Shown here piece by piece: positions 1 to 7,996 of a stretch of DNA of 16,108 nt; within the stretch, counting starts at the first letter, position 1, and each line of letters begins with the position of its first letter. Position numbers and translations under genes: made by a program. Origin of the DNA: Elusimicrobiota bacterium (GTDB taxonomy: Bacteria > CG03 > SLGR01 > JAGXOG01); the NCBI GenBank assembly GCA_051745145.1, contig JBNJDT010000037.1, positions 1-16,108 on the forward strand, given 5' to 3'. The notes under the pieces are model-generated. The model had not been told where the DNA came from and did no database searches. It worked only from the letters and a program-made list of their open reading frames with translations.

Positions 1-2
1 TC

Positions 3-515
3 TTTCAAAAGTTTTTTATCGCGGTTAATTTTTTGACTGAAAAGAGTGTAAGAATCTATTTCAATAATTGTACCTTCCTCAAAAGTTACGGTCGGATTTT
101 TAAAGGCTATGCGGCTGAAATTTTTCCGGAAGGCAAACTGGGATGTGGGAGCTACAAAGTAATTAAAAGGATACATCAAGACCCCGATAAAAAGTGTGAA
201 AATAATTACCGGACCGACAACCGGTTTTAAGGTGCTTCCCGAAGTTCTGATAGCCGTAATCTCTCCGTCGGAGGCCATCTGTCCGAAAGTTAAAATTCCC
301 GCGGCGGCCGTGCCCATGGGCATAGTTAAAGTTATAATAGTGGGAATAGAGTAGAAAAGTAAAAGCAAAACATCGACAAAATCTACTCCTTTATTTATAA
401 CTAAATTAACCAGCTGAAATACTCTGTCCATTAAGAGTATAAAGGTGAAAAGCAATAGACTCAAAAACAGATTAATTATATAATTTTTAATTGATAATTT
501 TGTAAATATTTTCAT
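3..515 (-). CDS. LptF/LptG (YjgP/YjgQ) family LPS export ABC transporter permease, 5' part only (runs off the left window edge)
   Basis: My manual translation from ATG at 515 is open to the window edge: MKIFTKLSIKNYIINLFLSLLLFTFILLMDRVFQLVNLVINKGVDFVDVLLLLFYSIPTIITLTMPMGTAAAGILTFGQMASDGEITAIRTSGSTLKPVVGPVIIF...FNYFVAP. It has three TM segments and the family motif (G-x-[LM]-xxD-x-E-xx-A-xxx-SG). Absent from the ORF track because there is no stop in the window. More LptF-like, but LptF vs LptG is not certain. Confidence 0.9.
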   Translation of the reverse strand, partial: MKIFTKLSIKNYIINLFLSLLLFTFILLMDRVFQLVNLVINKGVDFVDVLLLLFYSIPTIITLTMPMGTAAAGILTFGQMASDGEITAIRTSGSTLKPVVGPVIIFTLFIGVLMYPFNYFVAPTSQFAFRKNFSRIAFKNPTVTFEEGTIIEIDSYTLFSQKINRDKKLLK

Positions 516-523
516 GATTTATT

Positions 524-529
524 ATTATA
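524..529 (-). promoter_or_regulatory. Candidate -10 box (TATAAT) for the lptF/G-family gene
   Basis: ATTATA on + at 524-529 reads TATAAT on -, ending 8 nt before the ATG. No convincing -35 or SD. The region is very AT-rich, so a chance match is possible. Confidence 0.35.
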
Positions 530-561
530 CATGTAAAGTTAAAAAAATAAAAGGATAATAT

Positions 562-592
562 GAAAGTCCGGTTATTTAATATACCGGATTTC
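562..592. repeat. Inverted repeat TCCGGT-N10-ACCGGA (extends imperfectly to GAAAGTCCGGT...ACCGGATTTC) in the divergent intergenic region
   Basis: TCCGGT at 567-572 and ACCGGA at 583-588 around the spacer TATTTAATAT; the only GC-rich patches in the spacer region. Confidence 0.55.
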
Positions 593-599
593 TTAATTT

Positions 600-628
600 T
601 TGATATTTAAAAATTTATAGATTATAAT
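600..628 (+). promoter_or_regulatory. Candidate sigma70-type promoter for the sprA-like/comF unit
   Basis: TTGATA (600-605), a 17-nt spacer, then TATAAT (623-628), 40 nt upstream of the ATG at 669. Confidence 0.55.
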
Positions 629-668
629 TATTAAGTAGTAAATTCCTAATTAAAAACTTAAAAATATA

Positions 669-3600
669 ATGAAAAAATTCAATAAAACTATTTTTGTTTT
701 AATTTTGATGCTTTTTTGTGTCAAATCCTCCGGGTATGGAGTTAGCCTTTTTGACGACAATTACAAAGAAGATTTTACAGTCGAAGAATCTACCGGAGAT
801 ACATCTTCGGAAGATACCGAAAAGGAATCAGAAGACGGACAGCTTTTAGAATTTGATAACGACACCTGGCAGGATATAAAAAAAGACAAGGAAGAAGAAG
901 AATTTGAAGTTACCGAACCCGGCGAAGATATGGAAGTGGAAAAATCTACGGACACCGAAGAAGATTTAGAAGAACTTCCCGAAGCCGAGGCAGACCTTCC
1001 CTATGAAACTCGCATGAATATCACGGGATACAAATCAATTTCCGCCAAATTCGGTCACGTATTCTATCCCTACGGCGATGAAGAGGATAGAAATGTACGC
1101 GGAGTTCCCTCGGGAGCTACAAAGGGTTTTGAGATGGACCAGGAGCTTAGAGTGCGCATCCAGGGAAAAGTGGGAGATAAAATAACCGTGGATGTGGATT
1201 ACGATGATACAAAACCGGCCTATAATGAAGATGCCCGTCAAATTTCAGTAATGTATAAAGGCGATCCGGATGAAATTATACAGAAAGCGGCTTTTGGCGA
1301 TGTGAGTTTGAGTTTGCCTTCGACTCATTTTGTAGGTTATTCTAAAAATGTATTTGGAATCAGCGTAGAGGGAAAACACGAAGATTTTGAGTTTACGGCA
1401 ATAGGATCGCAAACCAAGGGGAGAACAGAAGTAAAGGAGTTTACCGGTCAGACTACTTTTGAAAAAAGAGATATTAATGATACTGCTTACCGGAGAAGAA
1501 AATACTATACGCTGGATTTATCCACTTCTATTGAATACCTTCCTGTAGAGCAGGGTACCCTCCAGGTTTATGTGGATGATAAAGACGATAGTACAATACA
1601 GGAAAAAAATAAATCTACCATGACGGTATCTTTTGTTTCTTCTACCGATACTTACACCGGATATTTTTATGATTTAGTGGCCGGCCGGGATTTTACCGTT
1701 GATGTTGAGGAAGGCATATTAACTTTTGATAAAAATATAAGAGAAAATTATGTAGTGGCAGTAACTTTTGATTATGACGGAGGCAGTAAATCGACCGGTC
1801 CGGTAGTTCTAAAAGACGAAAATGAAAAGCTGGATTATGAATTTAAGAACAGGTATGATCTGGGCGGGAGAAATATTTCCCGGGATGATTTTGTCCTTAA
1901 ATTTTTAGATCAGGACAGGAATAGAGTTTCTCTGCCGGAGGGGTCATATGAAGTGGATTATGAGCGGGGATTGCTGGAATTCTCCGATAGAACACCGTTT
2001 TACAATGAATCTACAGGGGACGGTTATGAGGATATATATGATGAATCCGATCCTGAAAATCATTATATCATTTATACGGAATACAAACGAAAAGTGCGGA
2101 ATTATTCGCTGAGACCGAATATCTTAAAAGGCAGCGAAAGAGTTGTACTTGATGGCCAGGTATTAACGCGGAACGTGGATTATACTATTGATTATCCATC
2201 CGGGTTTTTGGCATTCATGGATCCGGACAGAATTGATGAAACAACTCAAATAGAAGTTACTTATGAATATACGCCGTTTATGGGGCAGCACCAGGAAACT
2301 CTGGTGGGTCTGCGGGGACAGTATAATTTTACCCGAAATCTTTACCTGGGAGGAACTTTACTTTACCAGTGGGGTTCGGCTTCCCGGGAATTGCCGGATA
2401 TTCAGTCCACGCCGGACAGCACGCTGGTTCTGGACTCTGATTTTAAATTTGATGTTCCCGAAAAGTATTTCCCTTTTCCCACTTCCATAAACGGGGAAAT
2501 AGCTAAAAGCGAATACAATCCCAATACTTTGGGAAAAGCAATGATAGATAATATGGAGGGTGTCAGGCAGGCTTATTCTGTCTCTACCGTAGAGGATTCC
2601 TGGCAGGTGGCCGCCACTCCTGCCGGAGGGATACAGAAGCCGGAGGGAGTAACGCCGGATGGTGAAAAAGTGGACGGCTGGTTTTCCCTGGATGAAGAGG
2701 ATATATATTTAAGCGAAATTAATTCTACTGTGCCCGAAACTGATGACCGGAGGCAGCGGGTTCTTAAATTTAAGTACGATTTACCCCCGGGCGGAGGGGA
2801 TAAAGAGACGTCGATAGTGAACCCCGTTTCCAGGGAGGGAGTGGATTTAAGCGATAAGGACAGTTTATATGTCTGGGTTAAAAAAGAAAAGAGTACCCAG
2901 AGCGGGGAATTGCTGATAGATTTGGGGATCATCTCCGAGGATGCCGACGGAACCGGCGAGTGGAAATCCGAAGACGAAAACCGCAGCGGAACTTTGGATA
3001 AGGACCAAGATACGGGATGGAACTATATTTATAACGGTTCCACTATAGCTGTAGGTTTTGATAACGACCGTCTGGATACCAACGATCTGGATAGAGACGG
3101 TTTTCTGGATACGGTAGAAGAAGTGAATAGTTTTAGTATAGATATAGCCGATGATCTGGAGACAGGGTGGAACAGGGTGAAATTACTCCGGAGCGGTCAG
3201 GATAGTTCCTGGACCGGGATTAAGCATGTCCGCCTTACCGTTAGGGGCGAGGGGATAGCCGGAGAGCTGGGAATTACCGATTTGGAAATGGTGGGAAACA
3301 GGTGGGAAGCTGTAAACAGTACCGTTACCGCGGTAAATAACTACGATGATGAAGATTACGATACGCCTTTGGAAGATGATATCTATGATGAGATTTACAG
3401 AGAAGTGGGGGGAGCGGACAGGGATAAAGAACAGGCCATTTCTCTGGAGTATTCCGGACTTGAAGACGGGGCCACTGCCTGGGCCTATTATGACTATCCC
3501 CGGGCGGCCGATTTTTCCCGCCACAACAAGATAAGTATGCTGGTTTACGGTCATGATACAGATATGGACTATTTTATAAGTTTTGGAACCGAGGATAATT

Positions 3601-5750
3601 ATTTTATCAAAGAATTTAAAGTTGATTATGAAGGCTGGCAGGAAAAAACTTTTAAAGTACCCGATAATTTCCTTAATAGCGGTGACCCGAAATTAACCAA
3701 TGTAAAAAAAATCAGACTGGGAGTTTTAAATAATTCGGGAATTGCCAAATCCGGAAAAGTCTGGTTTAATGAGCTCTATGCCCACAGTCCCCAAAAAAGA
3801 ATGGGCCGGGCAATGAGGGGGAGTTTTACCACCAATGTACCGGGGATAATAAAAGTGGGGGGAAGCTATGAAGAACAGGATAAAGATTTTCAGACTGTAA
3901 CTACGCCCCCTCAGAACCAGGATCTGACCAAGTACTCGGCAAATGCCCGGCTTACTGCTCTTCCTTTTATGGATTTGTCCGGAAAGTATTCTGAAAGTAA
4001 TGTAATAACTCCGGAAGACAGAATAACTCCGGGACAGCAAAACGAATATCTAAAATCTGAAGATCAGGGGGAAATATCTAAAAAATCCGGAAGAGTGGAT
4101 ACCGGTTTGAATATAGAGCATTTACCTGATGTAAGCGGTAATTATTCCAGGAGCGTAGAGAACTCTGATTTTACCGGAAAATTAGAAGTAAGCGAAAGTT
4201 ACCGGGGAAATATGTCTTATAATTTCCCGCGTACTTTAGGGGTTTTACCGGACCGTATAAGTGGTTCTTTTCGCAAGTCCGACACTTTTGAAAGCTGGAA
4301 GGATTTTAAAAAAGAGGAGAATCCGGACGGGGGGTTTGAAGATACCTTAAAAGAGACTGTGGAATACAACGGCAAAGCCAGATTTAATTTTCTGGATATA
4401 CTTTCTATGCAGCCTTCTTATAAGAAAAATATTAAAAACAGGGAATGGGAATTTTATGCCGGGGAATATGAAGAGGAAACTAAAAGATGGCCGTGGACCA
4501 AAGACCAGGATGTGAAGTTATCCGCCCGGCTTAAATTAACCGGTTGGTTTCAGCCCCGGACAAATTATTCGGCCGCTATAAATGAAAACTACAATTATAA
4601 AGAGGACGGGGATTTATCATTGCTGAGCGGCACAAAAAATGTTAACAGAAATTTTAATTTTGATACGGGAGTAAAATTCCCAATAAAGAGAATTATTCCC
4701 GGTTTTGCTCCGTTAGATTCAATGAATTTAAATATTAATTTCAATGATGAAAGGGGAGAGACTTATAAAAATATTGAAAACAGTTATTATACGTTTAACA
4801 AACTGGATCACCGCTATGTTCTGGAGCCTTCAACCGCATCCGCCAGTCTTGAAACGCTGACCCGCCGGCAGACTGAAAAATATACCGTAAACTGGAGACC
4901 GCTTGATTATCTGGATGCAAGCAGGGACGAATTCGCAAATTTTTTTGGGGGTCTGGATTCCAGAATCATTTATAACAGGCGTAAATCCAGAGAAGAAGAG
5001 ACCGGGACAGTTCTGGAGAATTTCACTACTCTCTGGCCGGATTTAAGGCTGGAATTCGGGCAGATTAACAGTTTGCCGTTTGCCAAGGATGCGGTAAAGA
5101 ATATCCGATTTCGAAGTAATTATAAGTTTAAAGAAACCCGGACAGTTTCCAATTCCCGCAATATCTCTAAAACCATCAATGAGAACTATGACGGAAATTG
5201 CCGATTTTTACTGCTTGAGGATTACGATTCACTTGTAGAATTTTCTAAAAAAGGAGAGGAAAAAACCGATCTTAAATTAGAAGAGCTGGATGAAATATCA
5301 GAGAGATTTTCTGTAAGCGGACAGCTAAAAATACCGTTAAAAGAGTACTGGGATTTAATAGTAAAATACACCCAGAAAAGTGACAGTACATTTGACTATA
5401 AAAGCGAAGAATTATTAACCGACAGAAAAATTTATACTCCGGAAGTTAAGTTTGACAGTATAATAAAAATGCCCGCGTCAATTACAGTTCCCTTTATAAA
5501 CCGGGAAGTTAAAATGACTAACCGTTTAAAATTAGATTCAAACTTAAAAGTCGAAATTTCCAGGAGTGAGCTGGATGTAACCGAAACAAATACCAATAAA
5601 TACTTGTTTAATACCTCTACTGAAATGGACATGTCCAGTAATATGAGATTTACTCTGGGAATGGGAGGTCAGTATCTTTACAATACCGTCAAAAAGGAAA
5701 ACAGTTATTTTGCTTTTCATATGAGTACGGATTTTAAAATAAGATTTTAA
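669..5750 (+). CDS. SprA/Sov-like large outer-membrane beta-barrel protein (T9SS translocon family), 1693 aa
   Basis: N-terminal Sec signal peptide (MKKFNK + hydrophobic core). SprA-like blocks in the expected order: MDQELRVRIQGKVGDKITVDVDYDD, YKGDPDEIIQKAAFGDVSLSLP, VFGIS...TAIGSQTKG, GSERVVLDGQVLTRNVDYTIDYPSG, AMIDNMEG, LLIDLGIISED, VKKIRLGV, GKVWFNEL. The C-terminal third is amphipathic beta-strand-like and ends in Phe (…TDFKIRF), typical of BAM substrates. Confidence 0.8.
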   Translation: MKKFNKTIFVLILMLFCVKSSGYGVSLFDDNYKEDFTVEESTGDTSSEDTEKESEDGQLLEFDNDTWQDIKKDKEEEEFEVTEPGEDMEVEKSTDTEEDLEELPEAEADLPYETRMNITGYKSISAKFGHVFYPYGDEEDRNVRGVPSGATKGFEMDQELRVRIQGKVGDKITVDVDYDDTKPAYNEDARQISVMYKGDPDEIIQKAAFGDVSLSLPSTHFVGYSKNVFGISVEGKHEDFEFTAIGSQTKGRTEVKEFTGQTTFEKRDINDTAYRRRKYYTLDLSTSIEYLPVEQGTLQVYVDDKDDSTIQEKNKSTMTVSFVSSTDTYTGYFYDLVAGRDFTVDVEEGILTFDKNIRENYVVAVTFDYDGGSKSTGPVVLKDENEKLDYEFKNRYDLGGRNISRDDFVLKFLDQDRNRVSLPEGSYEVDYERGLLEFSDRTPFYNESTGDGYEDIYDESDPENHYIIYTEYKRKVRNYSLRPNILKGSERVVLDGQVLTRNVDYTIDYPSGFLAFMDPDRIDETTQIEVTYEYTPFMGQHQETLVGLRGQYNFTRNLYLGGTLLYQWGSASRELPDIQSTPDSTLVLDSDFKFDVPEKYFPFPTSINGEIAKSEYNPNTLGKAMIDNMEGVRQAYSVSTVEDSWQVAATPAGGIQKPEGVTPDGEKVDGWFSLDEEDIYLSEINSTVPETDDRRQRVLKFKYDLPPGGGDKETSIVNPVSREGVDLSDKDSLYVWVKKEKSTQSGELLIDLGIISEDADGTGEWKSEDENRSGTLDKDQDTGWNYIYNGSTIAVGFDNDRLDTNDLDRDGFLDTVEEVNSFSIDIADDLETGWNRVKLLRSGQDSSWTGIKHVRLTVRGEGIAGELGITDLEMVGNRWEAVNSTVTAVNNYDDEDYDTPLEDDIYDEIYREVGGADRDKEQAISLEYSGLEDGATAWAYYDYPRAADFSRHNKISMLVYGHDTDMDYFISFGTEDNYFIKEFKVDYEGWQEKTFKVPDNFLNSGDPKLTNVKKIRLGVLNNSGIAKSGKVWFNELYAHSPQKRMGRAMRGSFTTNVPGIIKVGGSYEEQDKDFQTVTTPPQNQDLTKYSANARLTALPFMDLSGKYSESNVITPEDRITPGQQNEYLKSEDQGEISKKSGRVDTGLNIEHLPDVSGNYSRSVENSDFTGKLEVSESYRGNMSYNFPRTLGVLPDRISGSFRKSDTFESWKDFKKEENPDGGFEDTLKETVEYNGKARFNFLDILSMQPSYKKNIKNREWEFYAGEYEEETKRWPWTKDQDVKLSARLKLTGWFQPRTNYSAAINENYNYKEDGDLSLLSGTKNVNRNFNFDTGVKFPIKRIIPGFAPLDSMNLNINFNDERGETYKNIENSYYTFNKLDHRYVLEPSTASASLETLTRRQTEKYTVNWRPLDYLDASRDEFANFFGGLDSRIIYNRRKSREEETGTVLENFTTLWPDLRLEFGQINSLPFAKDAVKNIRFRSNYKFKETRTVSNSRNISKTINENYDGNCRFLLLEDYDSLVEFSKKGEEKTDLKLEELDEISERFSVSGQLKIPLKEYWDLIVKYTQKSDSTFDYKSEELLTDRKIYTPEVKFDSIIKMPASITVPFINREVKMTNRLKLDSNLKVEISRSELDVTETNTNKYLFNTSTEMDMSSNMRFTLGMGGQYLYNTVKKENSYFAFHMSTDFKIRF

Positions 5751-6445
5751 TGTTTAAGCGGCTTATAAATTTTATTTTACCGGTTGAATGCGCAGGATGC
5801 GGCCGTAAAATTGACACGGATGACCTCCGGGGTATATGTGAAGATTGCCTGGATAAAATTGAAATATTAGACCGGGAATGCTGTAATTACTGCGGCAGGC
5901 CGATAAAAGAGGGACAGAAATTTTGCAGGAAGTGCTGGGAATTCAGTTCATTTACGGATAGTTTCTCCTCGGTCTGTTATTACAAAGAACCGGTAAAAAG
6001 CATTATAGGAAATTTTAAATATAAAAATAAACGGTATCTCAAAGGTATTCTCACGGAATTGCTGGAGAAAAAATACTTTCAAATTAAAAATATTGAAGTG
6101 GATATAATCGTGCCGGTGCCTTTGCATCCTGAAAAACTCAATGAGAGGGGGTATAATCAGGTCCGGTTAATAGCAGAAAATTTATCCAAAAAAATCAATA
6201 TACCGGTAAAGAACAGTATAGTAAAGAGAGTTAAAATGACCAGTCCTCAGTACCGGCTCACCAGAAAAGAAAGGCTAAAAAACCTTAAAGACGCCTTTAA
6301 GGCTGCCCGGAAATTAAATGGTAAAAAGGTTCTGTTACTTGACGATGTTGCCACGACCGGCTCTACTGTACAAAATTGTGCTGCTGTCTTAAGCCGGGCC
6401 GGTGCCGGAAGTGTTCACGCCTTAGTTGCAGCTCACGGAAAATAA
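5750..6445 (+). CDS. comF: ComF family protein (double zinc ribbon + phosphoribosyltransferase-like domain)
   Basis: CAGC, CEDC, CNYC and CRKC zinc-ribbon motifs; IVPVPLH...RGYNQ; PRPP-binding-like VLLLDDVATTGST. Start overlaps the upstream stop (TAATG, 5748-5752). Confidence 0.93.
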   Translation: MFKRLINFILPVECAGCGRKIDTDDLRGICEDCLDKIEILDRECCNYCGRPIKEGQKFCRKCWEFSSFTDSFSSVCYYKEPVKSIIGNFKYKNKRYLKGILTELLEKKYFQIKNIEVDIIVPVPLHPEKLNERGYNQVRLIAENLSKKINIPVKNSIVKRVKMTSPQYRLTRKERLKNLKDAFKAARKLNGKKVLLLDDVATTGSTVQNCAAVLSRAGAGSVHALVAAHGK

Positions 6446-6503
6446 AATATTTCGAGCCTTTATAAAAAAAATTAATTTAGTTTTGGCAATAAAGAGAGAT
6501 ATA

Positions 6504-6531
6504 TTGACATTTAAGGGTATATATTTATATT
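6504..6531 (+). promoter_or_regulatory. Candidate sigma70-type promoter for the lysS-led gene run
   Basis: Perfect TTGACA (6504-6509), a 16-nt spacer, then TATATT (6526-6531), within the 123-bp comF-lysS gap. Confidence 0.6.
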
Positions 6532-6557
6532 TAAATAATAGGATTAAAAAAGAATAA

Positions 6558-6563
6558 AAGGAG
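6558..6563 (+). promoter_or_regulatory. Shine-Dalgarno site of lysS
   Basis: AAGGAG ends 5 nt before the ATG at 6569. Confidence 0.75.
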
Positions 6564-6568
6564 TTAAA

Positions 6569-7996
6569 ATGTCAGAAGATAAAAATAAGTTAAGGAAAAT
6601 AAGAGAAGAAAAACTGAACAGCTTTTCAGAAGACGGCGTTAAACCATATCCCGCGAAATTTGAAGGACGGATTGAAAATATTAAGGCTCTTGAAAAGGGT
6701 GAGGGGGAGAAGGCCAAAGTTGCCGGAAGGCTGATGAGTAAAAGAGTTATGGGGAAATCTGCTTTTGCACATATACAGGACGCTACGGGTAAAATACAGA
6801 TTTACCTTACAGTGGATAAACTGGATGATGACCGGTATGATTTTTTTAAAGATATGGATATAGGGGATTTTATAGGAGTGGAAGGGGGGGTTTTTGAGAC
6901 CCGTACCGGAGAAAAAACAGTTCTGGTGGAAAATTTTAAGTTTTTGTCAAAATCTTTAAGACCTCTTCCCGAAAAATGGCACAAACTTAAAGATAAAGAG
7001 ACAAGATATAGAAAAAGGTATCTGGATATTCTGGTAAACAAGGAGTCTTCAAAAATTTTAAAGGCCCGGTCAAATCTTTTATCCAGTGTTCGCTCCACTT
7101 TAGAAGGAGAAGATTTTATTGAAGTGGAAACTCCCATACTTCAGAAAAATGCCGGCGGGGCCGCGGCCCAGCCTTTTAAAACCCATCACAATACTTTTGA
7201 CCAGGATCTTTATTTAAGAATTGCGCCGGAGCTTTTTTTAAAGAGACTTATAGTAGGGGGCTGGGACAGGGTATTTGAAATAGGAAGAAATTTTCGCAAT
7301 GAAGGGATATCCACCCGGCACAATCCCGAATTTACAATGATGGAAGTCTACTGTGCCTATAAAGATTACAGCTATATGATGAAATTAGCTAAGGATATAG
7401 TTGTAAATGCAGCAAATGCTCTTGAGAAAATGGGATTGAAAAGTGATATAGACTGTACCGGAAGCTGGGCCAAAAAAGATCTCTGGCAGTTATTAAAAGA
7501 ATATACCGGTACGGAGTTTAATCCTGAAGACAGTTTTTCTGTCTTAAAAGAAAAGGCAGATAAGCTCAATGTTCCTCCCGGGAAAGATTCACAGGCTAAA
7601 ATACTGGACCGGATTTTTTCAAAATTTGTTGAACCCGAACTGATTGAACCGACATTTGTAACCGGGTACCTGGCTAAAGATTCGCCTCTGGCCAAAAGGT
7701 CCTCCAAAAATCCGGTGCTTGCCGAAAGATTTGAACTTTTTATAAACGGTCAGGAAATAGGCAATGCTTACAGTGAGCAGAATGACCCCCGGGTGCAAAA
7801 AGAGATGTTTGAGCGGCAGGTTGCCGAAGACGGGGGTAAAATAGACCGGGAATATATTGAGGCCTTAGAGTATGGAATGCCTCCTGCGGCGGGTCTGGGC
7901 ATAGGAATAGACAGGTTGACCATGCTGCTTACCGGAAAAGAGTCAATAAGAGAAGTCATTCTTTTTCCCATGCTCAAAAGTAAAAATTCAAAATAA
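6569..7996 (+). CDS. lysS: Lysine--tRNA ligase, class II
   Basis: OB-fold anticodon domain (VAGRLMSKRVMGKSAF, LRPLPEKWH), motif 1 FIEVETPIL, YLRIAPELFLKRL, motif 2 FRNEG..HNPEFTMME, motif 3 YGMPPAAGLGIGIDRL, and C-terminal IREVILFP. Confidence 0.98.
   Translation: MSEDKNKLRKIREEKLNSFSEDGVKPYPAKFEGRIENIKALEKGEGEKAKVAGRLMSKRVMGKSAFAHIQDATGKIQIYLTVDKLDDDRYDFFKDMDIGDFIGVEGGVFETRTGEKTVLVENFKFLSKSLRPLPEKWHKLKDKETRYRKRYLDILVNKESSKILKARSNLLSSVRSTLEGEDFIEVETPILQKNAGGAAAQPFKTHHNTFDQDLYLRIAPELFLKRLIVGGWDRVFEIGRNFRNEGISTRHNPEFTMMEVYCAYKDYSYMMKLAKDIVVNAANALEKMGLKSDIDCTGSWAKKDLWQLLKEYTGTEFNPEDSFSVLKEKADKLNVPPGKDSQAKILDRIFSKFVEPELIEPTFVTGYLAKDSPLAKRSSKNPVLAERFELFINGQEIGNAYSEQNDPRVQKEMFERQVAEDGGKIDREYIEALEYGMPPAAGLGIGIDRLTMLLTGKESIREVILFPMLKSKNSK

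Noticed and set aside
33..230. 65-aa + strand ORF from the track
   Set aside because: Antisense to the well-supported LptF/G-family frame and has no recognisable motif.
669..740. Possible lipoprotein signal (Cys17) in the SprA-like protein
   Set aside because: The context MLFC does not fit the L-[AS]-[GA]-C lipobox; a standard signal peptidase I signal is more plausible.
761..5632. Short antisense and alternate-frame ORFs inside the SprA-like gene
   Set aside because: Fully nested in the long ORF; the antisense ones have the S/F/I-rich composition expected from the mirror of a D/E/K-rich gene, and none has a recognisable motif.
6446..6503. Intrinsic terminator between comF and lysS
   Set aside because: No GC-rich stem followed by a U-tract; only A/T runs.
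6510..6568. T-box or lysine riboswitch upstream of lysS
   Set aside because: The leader after the candidate promoter is only about 30 nt, too short, and no T-box sequence is present.
6569..7996. EpmA/GenX paralogue or truncated LysRS (475 aa, slightly short)
   Set aside because: The anticodon-binding domain and all three class II motifs are intact; the shortening is limited to loops.
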